Source: Vicugna vicugna (taxonomy: Eukaryota). From it: DNA of 64,000 nt. The notes below the pieces were generated by a model. It was not told the DNA's origin. It made no database searches and worked only from the letters and a program-made list of their open reading frames with translations. Below are positions 52,131-64,000 of this stretch, piece after piece. Made by a program: the position numbers and the translations under genes. The stretch lies in NCBI GenBank assembly GCA_013265495.1, contig MU058687.1:5392093-5456092 (forward strand), read 5' to 3'. Within the stretch, counting starts at the first letter, position 1. Every line of letters begins with the position of its first letter.

Positions 52131-53345
52131 AGTCCAGGGAAGTTAAATGACAAGGCCAAGTTCACACAGACAATTCATAGAAGTAGAACTAGGACTTAGA
52201 CTTCCTGACTCCTAGTCCAGTACTCTTGCTAAGTGTCCTAGTAGAGAGCATGATGTGGCACTGAGAGCAGAAGAGAGCCAGAGATGAAGGAATGAAAAGA
52301 GCCAAGGAGCAATGGGGAATAGCAGACACAGCCATAAAGGAACAATGGGGGGCAAATAAAGCCAGGCATGAGTTTGAATTTTTTTTTTGACAGTGATGTC
52401 ATGACAAAACAGGATTTCAGGAAGCCTATAACTTTACAATATACAGGAGAGAGAGAGGAGGAAATGAGACTGTGTAGGAGGGTCTTTGCCTTTCACATCC
52501 CACATAATGTAAAAAGAGCTTGAGTCAAGACCATAGGAATGAAAAAGAAAAGGTAGATTCAAGAGCCAGTGTATGGAGGAAGTGACACACCAAAACGATG
52601 TTGTGGATTTTGGAGATGAAGGGAATTACAGAGTCAAAGATACTACACCTCATTTATGTCTGTGGTAACCTGACGGTTTCGTTATTCCTTAGGTTAGAAA
52701 CCACAGAGTTAGGAAACAGTAGTTGGCCTAGAGGAGAGAAAATGATGAATTTGTGATTGACAGCTGGAAACAGGACTTAGTACAGACCTAGATATAAAGT
52801 TGTTTTTTTTTTAAATGATGATGGTGATGGTGATGATGAAGGGGACTACTTGTTAGAAATGTTAGCTGTATCTTTGGATTAGGCTCTGTGTTTCTTAAGC
52901 ATATGTTTCTTAAACATTAAGTATCATTTATGGCCAAAATTTTTAAATTAAAAATTGCCATAATTTATAACTGTCATCTTTTAAAACTTGATATGGCTTA
53001 ATGAATAAATTTCTGGACAATCCAGAAAGCCTTCTTGGACAACCACTGTACTCCAGGTCACTCTTGAGCACCACTGTATTAAAAAGTAAGGTTTATTTGA
53101 AAAAATAATAACAATAATAATGACACAAATGAACTAATTATTATTTTGATTTCTTGAACATGTGTAAGCACATTTGACTGTCCTTCATGATTGGACTTCC
53201 TCATTCTGTTGATTCTTATTTTGTAGTTGGCTTTATTTCTTTGGTAACTATGTAAGTTTAAAAAGCTAAAGATCTAATCTGTTCTTGGAAACAATAATTA
53301 GTACATATATGTAAACTTTACATATATGTAAAAAGTGCAGTATAC

Positions 53346-53376
<31 letters not shown>

Positions 53377-55099
53377 TTACATGTACTATAATGTGTATGT
53401 GCAGTCAAACTGTAATAATTCTACCTAATAAAACTGAAAAAGGAAAAAAAATGTAAGGTTTATTGCTGCAGACTTTTAAAATTTCTTGCAGACCTCCCCT
53501 AAAAAGTATTGACAAAGCTCAACCCTATTTAATTCACAACCATGAAGATCAAAGCATTCAGTGGTACATCTGCTTATGTAATTATCAGTAATGCCAGAAA
53601 ACAGCTTTGCGAATTTGGTCACAATGAACTCTGAGGGAATAAGCAGCTGGAAAGGCGAGGAGAGCTTTCTCCCCAGAAGTTAAAAAAATTGTACTCAACC
53701 CAGTGAATATTTTTTTTTCAGTGAGTTTGGTTTTGTTTTTTGTTTTTCCAACTGGATATAATAAAAATGTCTGAGATTTTGCTACATAATATGATCTTTT
53801 TGGAAGGGTCAACACTAATGTTTTAGGCCAGTTCAGCAGGCTTGAGTTCAACGCTGGAAGTGTGGAAGTTCCAACAAGATTCTAACAAATCCATCTAAAA
53901 GAGCCAGCATTTGTCCATAGATTATTTATGTTGAGTTCCTACACTGATAGAACAGGGGAGCCCTGAAGGAATCATTTAGTTGTCTGAGCATCAGCTGAAA
54001 TACCTAGAAGCTCTGAAATCACAAATTCAAATCCCCACAAGGTCCACCTAGTTCTCACACTGGAGGGTACAGTCAAGGAGTATAAAGCTGTCTGCTATAG
54101 GCTGCTTTAGGATGAAACTTTATATCTATACAGAGCACACAGAACTTTCGTTTTTAAAGATTCATGTTGTTTCTAATACTAGGAGAGGGTTGCCTTAGTG
54201 TTCTCAGCCAAAATTTCGGGATTCAGTTGAGATGTTGGGAGTCATTGAGAACTTGGCTATATATGTAATCTCAGATTAAAAATAAAACACACTTTTTAAT
54301 TTCAAATCTCAAAATCTGTTATATATCTACAATAAAAAAAGTGCTCCCAAAAATGTCTCCCTACAAACCAGAAGAATCTATGTTGACCAAGTTTTCACTT
54401 CTATACTTCATACAGAACTACGAAGCAGGTCCAAAAATTTCCAAGGAATTCAATACATATAAAGTTCTCTAAAGCTTTTTGGGAAAAGATTTTCTTTTGA
54501 TTGTTTCACCAAAAAACTTGCTACCTGTCTATATTCACCTGAAAGCACCATCTCCTGCCTCTCTCTCCCCTTTTTCATTCTCTAAAGTCAGTCATCCTGT
54601 CGCTCTGTCTGTCTGTCTGCTTGTCTCATTCTCACTCTCAGTCTCCCTCTCTCTCTTTCCCACTCTGCACTTTCATAGGTAGCTCCTCCCGCTCCTTCCA
54701 TCAGCCTTTCCTATGCTCTCTTTTAGATAAATTCTTCTGATACTTTGGTAATCAGCTGAGCTGTCACTTCCTCCAGAAACCTCTAGAAATCCTAATTGTC
54801 TTTCTCCCACTTCAATCTTTTCCTCTCCTTTGACCAGATTAGGAACCTTCCCCAGACTTCCCCATTTACTCTTGCTTCTTTCTGTCATAACACTTTCCTA
54901 TATGTCTCCTCCTCCAGTGAGAGTTCCTCAAATCCAAACTGCCTTATTTGTATATATTTGTCATCCTAGAAGCCAGTCTAAATTTTATGAATATTTATTA
55001 ACAAGTACATAACAGAGCTCTGATAAACTACTTTTTCAATCATTGGCAAAGATACAAAACAAATGTGCATCTTTTCTTTTGAAGCTGTTAACAAATTAC

Positions 55100-55915
55100 A
55101 TTCATTCATTAATCCACTGAAGACATTTATTGTGAAACTGTTATATGTGGCACTTTAGCCACAGAAGACAGAATGATGAACAAGCCAAAAACTTGTCCCT
55201 CTTCTCTAGAGCTTATATTTCAGTAGGGGAGACATACAAAAAGCAAACTAAAATAAACAAACCAAAAAAGCAAATCTACAATATGATGTCAATTAGTGTT
55301 ATGTGCTATAAAGAAAAATCATTCAGAGCCAGGGATAGAAAATGAATGTGTGTGTTAAGGTGAGCGAGGGTGGGAATGAGGATGGGTGGCGGGGGGTGGG
55401 GGTGTTAAGGGAATTTCTTCTGACCTGGAAAATGTGAGTGAACAACAACAAACCATGGGAGGAGGAGCATTCCAGTTAGGGGAACAGCAAATGCAAAGGT
55501 ACTGACATGTAAGCACATTTGATGTATGTGGAGACTAGCAAGGAGGCAGTGTGGTTAGAGCAGTGAGAGGGCAGAGTGGTAAGAGATGGGTATAAAGGTG
55601 GGCAGAATTCTGATCGTTCAGAAGCTTGTAGGCTCTTAAAGACTTTGCATGGGATGCATATAATGCAAGTGTGAAGGTAGCTCCTTTGAGGGCTTTGTTA
55701 AGGGATGTGATGTGTCTAATTTATATTCTGGAGAGAGCACTCCAGCTGCTAGATAAAAACAGAATGTAGGAGGACATAGAAAATTGTTAGGAAGTTCTTA
55801 AAGTAATCCAGGCAAAAGACGATGGTAGCTTTAGCTAAGGTGGTAATAGCAGAGGTGGTAGGAAATAGATTTCAGATCAATTCTGAAGGCAGAGCCAATG
55901 GGATTTAGCACTGAC
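55100..55915 (-). mobile_element. L2 remnant
   Basis: ttcattcatt...acatttattg...gagcattccagttaggggaacagcaaatgcaaagg. Confidence 0.75.
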
Positions 55916-58900
55916 TATCATGAAGTTATGTTTTAAGTTTATTTATTACAAAGTAAATTAGGATCAAGCTTATCCCATGATTAATCACAACACTAATAAC
56001 ACATACACATATATATAAACACATACACACCAAGCAGATATAGTTAATGACACAAAATATATGAAGCCTTGCTTTGGTCTGATCTGAGGCTGTAGGCACT
56101 ATTTTTAGATTCTATGGGGACTCAGGATTCACCTCACAACTGCTCTAAGTAAGCCACCTGTGGCTGCCTCTACCAGCTCACTGGTCTACAGCTTTAGTTT
56201 GTCAGCATTCACTTTACAAATGTATTGCCCAATCTGATCCTGAATGTTAGTGTGCCCATGAGGAGTCACTTTTACCCTCTGCCATCAGAAAACCCTGATT
56301 TGGTATCCACCTGGAGAGGCTAGGCTACCCCAAGTTCCACTTCAGAGAGATAATAAAAAGAAGAAAGGCTTGGAGTTTAAATTGTGACTCTGCCACTTAA
56401 CTGGTGACTGACTTAACCTCTCTGAACTTTTAGTTTACTCACTTGTGAAATGAAGATATTCAACCAACTTGAAAAGATGCAACAGATATTCTTCCCCATC
56501 CTGCTTCCTGTGCCTTTGAACCTCATTCAAAGTCTTGTCTGGAAAAGTATGGCATCAGGGTAAAATTGGTAAAACCACCAACAGGGACATCTGTGGCATG
56601 TTCAACATTCACGGCCACAACCAAGGTCAAAATCTGTCTCTGCTCCACAGACCTTTAGTTTGGAACAATTCCTGCCTACAGTGGCATCCCTGGAGCTGCT
56701 GGCTGTCTCTGTAACACAGTCCAAAGACAGCTTCTAGTCTCAAGTTTCCATTAAAATCCTTGGCACTCCTGAGGGTAATAATACTGTCAGCATAGCAATC
56801 CATAAATACAGATGATAATAATGTTTCAGAGAGGACGTGTCAAACTGAGACTTTTTAAAGACTTGGAAAGTCAGTCTCTTGCTGCTTCCCTTTTGGTCAC
56901 TGAAGGGCTAAGGCCACTTTAGTTTCATTAATTTTGAAGTAGTGTTTTAGGATAAAAATTCCAGAGAGAGAGAGGGAAAGAAAGAGCACACAAGACCCAA
57001 GGGTTGAAAGCTAAGCAAGGTGTCAGTACAAACAGTGGAAATCATCAGCAGACACTGGGGGCAAACTGCTTCCATATATAGGAATTATGCTACAATGAAG
57101 AGACACTTACACAGCTGGGGCTGTGAGGGTGACCTAACAGTGTTTGTTCAGAGTAAATAATGGAGTAGCAGCAGGCTCAATATGACAGGCTTTCAGGCCT
57201 TCCCAACAACGGAGAAGCGACAAGTACCAGATAAGGTGATAAAATAATCACGGGAAAAAGGGTAAAGATTGAGTCCTGGATCAAGGTGCTGAAGTGGGTG
57301 TGATGTGAGGAGCGTTTTAACAAGGCTACTTTTCTGGTCTGTGAGGTTAATTCTAAATATCTAACAGGTCAACAGACGATTTTTCAGACAACTTCACAAC
57401 CTGCGTGTAATTGGAGTGGTGTTTGTGAGTTACCGGTTTGTAACTGAAGTTTGGAATTTGGGTGTGTAATGACTGCTGCCAGAAGGGAGATGAAACAGGC
57501 AAAGAACTGGCCTTCTGTCCTCTAGAAGGAGATGTCCATGAGCCCTACAGATAACGTAACCTAAGAACTTCTTCCCCAGTGGTGCTTTAGTGTATCATTA
57601 AAAATGGTGGTAAAGAATGAACTCAACTGAGTTGGTATCTCTTCTGCTGACATCATCTTTTAATACAGTGCCTCAATTAAAATTAGGCTCTCTCTTCTCA
57701 GGAAATGATAAGTTTTCTCCCCTTTCTCGGACGAATTTTACCTGAGAAGTAACTTTTGGTTTTGATAAACATACCCTTTGATGTCTTAAGAGAGATGATC
57801 ACTACCTTTATTTACATCTTGTCTCAACCTGAAATGTGGCTCTGGAATGTTACTTGTTAAAGGTGCCAAGGAGAAGAACAACTTTACCTGTTATGTAAAA
57901 CTGAATTTATCATACAGTGATTGTTAGTCATTTTTACAAATTTGTAGTAAAAAGCAGAATCGGTAGCTACTGTTAAAAAGTTATTCATGTCATGAGCCAA
58001 CCAACTCTAATTCAATGACTGTTGTAATTCACAGACCATAATCCCTTGATCATCTCTTCGGTAAACTATATTTCTTGGCCCTATGACTTAAAAATTTCTT
58101 CTCTCTTCTGAGCCTGAGAGCCCACTGGTTACAGAGGAGTTAATTGAGAGTTTGCACAGCTTAAAGGCTTCACAGTTTCACTTGCTTCTTTTTGTTCAAC
58201 AGAAAGAGGCCTCAAAAAAGTTTGACTGACATTTATGATAATTACATTTGGAGATTAAAATAATTTAGGGTTTCGAAAGGTTTAAAATTTATACTCCATA
58301 TTGGGCCTCATATGATTATGGCTTCCTTCGTATCATTTTATTCGGGTGTTGAAATCCATTTGATGTGAATGTAATAGTCATTTTAATGGATATTGTTAAT
58401 TCCTTGTTTTCAGCACAATAGATAATGGGGATTTTAATTAATAATTCATTGTGTGAGCACTTATTGGGGGTAAAGAGGTTCACAGAATTATTTTTTCTGG
58501 CATGACATGTAAAGAACATTGTAAAAGACAGAGAAGAGAGCAAGATTGGAGTGTGGTTGGCATTAGAAGTCAGGCCAGCCTCATCTCCCCTGAAGATGAT
58601 GTGACAGGCTTCAAATAACACTAAAAATGGTACCTTGAAACTATGATTTCCATAAGGGACCAGCACAGTGTAACAACACTGCTTTCTTTCTTCTTCAATC
58701 CTGGTGGAACTCTTTAAGGTGAGAGCTTGACTTCCCTGAGTCTCGACAGAGAGCCTAATTCTAGGCCCTAAAGCAGTGACCTAGAAATGTGGCAAGAAAT
58801 GGCCAAAGTTTTTGTCACTTCCTGTGACAGCTCAGAAAGTCATGAGAACAGCCTCTACCTAGGGGTTTAGGACCCTTCTGGTTATAATCCTTGGATGACC

Positions 58901-60239
58901 AAAGAGCTCCAAAAGTCACTGCCTGCTTACAAAGGAGCCAAGACATCAAGAAGGGTAGCATTCAGGGAATGAGAAGTCCAGCAAGAACCATTGAGATGGT
59001 GAATTTATTTTGGTAGAAGAGGAAAGCCTGAATAAGTTATTCTGTAGAATTTTTACAACACATTATTGATTGACCATCTCTCTTTGAGTCATTAAGCCTA
59101 GAAACACTGCCCTTAGCCTGCTACTCACAACCTTTGTCATAAATTCCTCAGAGTTGTTAGACTACATTCAAACAGCACAATCGTTAAATGTAAAAACATA
59201 GTGGGAACTTCTACTGGAAAAAAAAAAGTGATGTGTGGTTCCAACCAGTTTAACAGCAAACGATCTCTATAATAAATGAATCCACTACACCACTACCTAA
59301 TCTTTAAAACTTTGAGTTAGGATGCCAAAATTAAGTTATGCAATAGGTAGATTTATATACACTTACACAAAATATGAATGTGTTAATAGTGTCCTCTGGG
59401 CAGAGGAATCACATGTGATTTTTTTCCTATCATGTGACTATATTACAATGATAATGAATATTCATTACTTTTAAAGTCTGCACAAATGACTTGAAAAATT
59501 GAAAAACTAATTTATATACAGAGATATCTTTGTTTCTCTTTCTCCAACCAAACCCAGTTCCTTCCACACTCAATGCTTATCCTAACAATCTCTCCAAGAT
59601 TTAGAAGTAGTGGGTAGGGAGAGGAATGTGTAAAATCTAACTACATCACATTTCTCAACTTTCCCACATTAAGTGAAAGGAGTAGTCTGAATGCACATCT
59701 TTGGAGAGAAAAGGAGACACCCAGCTGTAACATGAACTCCACGATACCAGTCTTCCTTCCATGATAAAATTCTCAAGGGTACTGTTTGCCTCGACCTCCT
59801 TGCCACAAATTTCTCAGTGTCTACCATGTGGCTTCTACCGCCTGCCCACTGATTCCTTAAAACTCCTCCCAAAAGTCACCAATAACTTCCTAATAACCCA
59901 ATTAAAATATCTTTTCTCAGTCCTTCACTTTGCTCCTTCTTCCCTAATTCCAATGTCTTTTCTTGTCTCCTCTAATTTCAATGGCTATTCTTTCTTTGTT
60001 TTCAACACCCATTTTCACTCTTATCCTGTCTCTACTTTCTCCTCCCACTCCCCATGTGAAAGCCATTTCCAAGTCTGTTTTCAATCTTGCATGCCATTTT
60101 ATTTCAATCCAACATTAATTAAAAACCTGCCGCCTATTTGGCATTGTGATAGGCACTAGGTATGGACAGAAAACAGTGATATACAAAAGAGAAAGTGGCA
60201 GATTCACTTAAAGAGAGTTTGGAATGTCCGCTCCTGGGA

Positions 60240-62060
60240 AGATGTAGAGGATAAACTTCTTAGACTTCATTCCATGGATGAAGGGAAACTAAGGAATTTT
60301 AAGCCAGGAAATGATACAGATTTTTATTTTAGAAAAATTGTTGAAAACAGTGAAAGAAATAAAAGAAAGTACTCAACTAGAGCTGAGAAGGCTTACTGGG
60401 ACATGATTATTGTTGGCTAGGTGAGAACTGATGTAAGCAGGAACTAATGCAGTGTCAATAAGGATGGAGAAGAGTGAAGGAGGCAGGGACGAGTCAGGAT
60501 TAACGAGGTAATATCTGTAGGGCTTGATGTTGATTCCACACAGGAGGGAAAGAGAGCAAGAGAGAATGGAATCTGAGATGACTCCCTGGATTCTGATTTG
60601 GGTTTCTGAATGGATGATGCTGATGCCGTATCTTACAGGTAGGCAGTATAGGAAGAGGTGGAGGTTGGTGAGGAAGACAGTGGGTTGGATTTTAGTTACA
60701 TTGATATTGAGATTTCTCAGGGAAATCCAGGGAGTGTTGGCTAGATTCACTTGGAGCTGATTCTCTGAATTGGACTATAGATTCGACACTCATCAGTATA
60801 AAAGAGATAGGCCAATCATATGATTATAACAGGGAAACAGGTAAGACACTCAGGGAGAAAGAACAGAATAAGGAGAAAACAGCACTAAGCCAGAGTCCAG
60901 GAAGTATCAGCACTTAAGTGTAAGAAGAAAAAAATTAATAAAGGTAAAAGAAATGATCGCCAATTCTACAAACCTGCCTGCACTGGCAGTGATATTCTGT
61001 TTTCCTTCTTGTTGCAACTGAAGTGTCCCATTAGAATTTCCTACCCTCTCAAGCAAGCTTGCAAATAACTCCAAAATCCGTATAGCTGACTCAACTTCTA
61101 AACTCCTTAACAAGACTCTGCAAGTCAGATTCAAGTCTATTTTATCCAGGCTTTTCTACTATAACTCTTCATACAGCCCCCGAGTTTCAGCCAATCAATA
61201 TAATTCTTTTTCTTCAAATTTTGCATTCACTTTTCTGCCTCTCTGCCTTTATTCATGCTGCTCTCTCTTCCTGGAATTCACACATCCATCCCCCACCCCC
61301 CAGCATCTTTACCAGCCATCATTTATCATCTTCACTGGTGGCTTCTTAAAAGCTAAAAAGAGCCCAAACAGGAGTCACTACCATCAAAGGGGAAAAAAGA
61401 AAGAATACTAATATTTATTCAGGATCTAATATGTCAGAACTATGCTAGACAAGAAGTGTGTATTTGTGAATAAATATCATTTAATCTTCACAGCAACCTT
61501 AGAAAGTCCCTTTTGTAGATGAAGACACAGGCTCATTCATTACTTAACAGATGTTTATCAACTGCCTATTATTACTAGGCACTGTGCTAGGTGCTAGATA
61601 AATAATGCAGAACCCAACAGAGCCTGTAGTTTCTCCTAAAAGAGCTAACAATAGTGGGAGAGACAAATATTAAAATACAATTATGTAAGTAATGTATAAT
61701 GGCAAGTTGGAGTTAGGGCATAAAGTGAAAGGACAGGAAGGTCAATTAAGGAAGGAGGACTTTCCTCTAAGGCAGGAACATGTAAGCTAAGACCTTGAGG
61801 ATGAGTAGCCAGGTAAAAGGAGTGGAAATAATGTGTCAAGCAAAGGGTAGAGCCGTTCTGAAGAATCAGGAACTTACGAAAGGCCAATGAGGCTAGAGAG
61901 GTGGGCGTAAACTGGAAAGAGGTGCCCTGTGAGACTGAAAAAGCAGGCAACAACAAGATTCTGCATGTTCTTCTAGGCCATGTTCAAAGGTTTAGATTTT
62001 ACTCACCAAGGGTAAGAAGAGATTGAAGGGTTTTAAACAGCAGAATTGTATAAGACTGAC
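60240..62060 (-). mobile_element. Cluster of L2 fragments (with MIR piece)
   Basis: atgactccctggattctgatttgggt; tcattcattacttaacagatgtttat...ctaggcactgtgctaggtgct. Confidence 0.65.
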
Positions 62061-62514
62061 ATTTAAAATTAGAAAAGTTAAATAAATAAAGTCATCCCGT
62101 AAATGGTAGAGCAAAAGATTAAACACTGGGTCTGATGCCTACCATTTGCAGAAAGTTGTAATCTCAGTCTAAACCTGTTAGCATAATCTGAAAGGCACAG
62201 TCATCCCTGGGTTGGCTTGGGTGGTCTAAGTAGATACTAATTTTTTTTTTAACTCAAAGACAATCTCCTGAATAACATAAACTTTCTCTTTGCCATATGG
62301 AACTGTAGGGCTATCTTTAAGCAAAGGGTGCCTTTTATATCAGCCTTTAGCAAAGACAAATTTGTCCCCCTTTCAACTTAGTATCATCCCCTAGAATGAC
62401 ACCTGGGATTCAACAATGTATTTGAGAGGGTGCTGCTGCTGTTAAAATCAGGACCATCAGTATCAAGGCTTACTCGAAAGACATCTTAGCTAACCAAAGA
62501 CAGCATAGGACGGT

Positions 62515-62750
62515 AGAACTGACCGCCTAGGTTCCAAATCTGGCTTCACCACTTACTAGCTGTGTAATCCTGGGATAAGAACTTGGAGCCTATTTTCTCA
62601 TCTATAAAGTAGGGATGATGATAATAATAATAACAACAATAATTAATTCATAGAGTTGAGAGGATTAAATGAACTAACATACATAAAGCACTTGCAGAAG
62701 TACTTAGCACAAAGCAAGTGCTGTATGACTGAAATCTGTTATTATCAATA
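62515..62750 (+). mobile_element. MIR SINE
   Basis: ggttccaaatctggcttcaccacttactagctgtgt...ttctcatctataaagtaggga...aggattaaatga. Confidence 0.85.
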
Positions 62751-64000
62751 GTTATGAAAGCATTCAAAATTTAGGATATTTCTTAGAAAAAAATTGCATA
62801 TATCCATTTGTAACCATTTTTTATAAACAGACTGGCCTTTTAAGATGAAGAATCCAAAGCAGAGATGCATCATTTCATATCCCATATTCCTACTTCATAT
62901 TTAACAGCAGAGAGAAGTGGGTTCAAGTCCTAGCTCCCCATTTGAAAACCCTGCAATATGTAAAACTTGTGCTTGCCAGATATTTCATGACCACTTCTGT
63001 GCTTCTGTCCCTACATGAGAGTAGGAAAGCTCAGACAAGTGGGCTCTGTTCCCATCTGGAGCCTGGTAGAAGGTACACTCTCAAAATACCACCTCTGAAA
63101 ACACAATGACTGGCAGGATCTGAAAGCCCCCTCAAGGCTGGTGCTTATCAAATCAACAGCCATTAATAAGATACAGAAACAAAGCTTAGAGACCATGTCT
63201 GATTGAACACTTCACTCCTCAAAGATTCTAGACTAGTTTCTAGACAAGTTACCGGAATAATATTACAGTTGGCCCCCCACACCTGACCACTGCAATGGAT
63301 AATGCAAAGCAGCTGGGGGAGGCTTCCCTGATCCCTATTACTACACTGAAGAAAGACAAAGCTCTAAATCCACTGATCATTTGAACAGAATGAGCCCTCA
63401 GGCTTATTGCTGCTATATTTTGCCAAATGTTGAGATCTAGCTCAGGTGTCCAAGTTGACCTAGGGAGAGGAAAGAAAAAGGGACTTGAAAATGTTTACAA
63501 AACTAGGAGAAAAAAGTATGGAAGAGGGGAAAAGTGCATAAAATCAGGGTAATCTTAATGAGGGGGAGGCAGTGGCAAGGAAGGAAAGGTAAAATATAAG
63601 AGTAAATAAGCAGAAACACCATTTTCAGATATTCAGTTTAAAATTGATTTAAAGAGCAACAAGAAGGAAAAGATGCTAGGGAAGAAGAGAGTGGTGATTT
63701 CCCTTCCAACCTGACCGCACATTGTCTACAGGAGGACAAGATTATAATCTTCCATACTTCTACCTAGATAATCGTCATCAACCTTTTGGCATGTACACTT
63801 ATTATATTCTTCATAGATATATTTACATAAACTTAAATAAAATTAGAGTTACACTTTACACATTGTTTTATAAACTAACCTTTCATTTTGTTAACTAATC
63901 ATTCATTAGACTCCTAAATTATGATCTTTAATGGCTGCATAGAATCTCCTCTTTTGGCTAAACTCTAAATTATTCGATTAATAACCCACTGTTGGACATT

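Noticed and set aside
1..64000. CRISPR arrays, operons or other prokaryotic systems
   Set aside because: Sequence is mammalian; no regularly spaced repeat-spacer structure seen.

Overview
AT-rich mammalian genomic DNA containing one protein-coding gene: DIO2 (type 2 iodothyronine deiodinase, a selenoprotein) on the minus strand. A vic-1-like tRNA-derived SINE suggests a camelid. Two coding exons (24935-24714 and 16613-16026) are separated by an 8.1-kb phase-0 GT-AG intron and encode 269 codons with two in-frame TGAs (codon 133 in the active-site SATUPPF motif, and codon 266). The ~5-kb 3' UTR carries a type-2 SECIS at 11211-11281 and tandem AATAAA signals near 10980. The promoter has a TATA box, a perfect CRE and an AP-1 site, and the ~560-nt 5' leader has four uAUGs. 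The rest is intergenic/intronic DNA dense in L1, L2, MIR, CR1/L3, MaLR-LTR and DNA-transposon remnants; repeat families were recognised by eye and boundaries are approximate. I found no wholly new biological system. The best leads are: a splice-dead intronic counterpart of the human DIO2 isoform-b UGA-containing exon, an N217D change at a family-conserved residue, a candidate recoding hairpin just 3' of UGA133, poly(A) hexamers that would exclude the SECIS, and an inverted pair of L1 5' halves.
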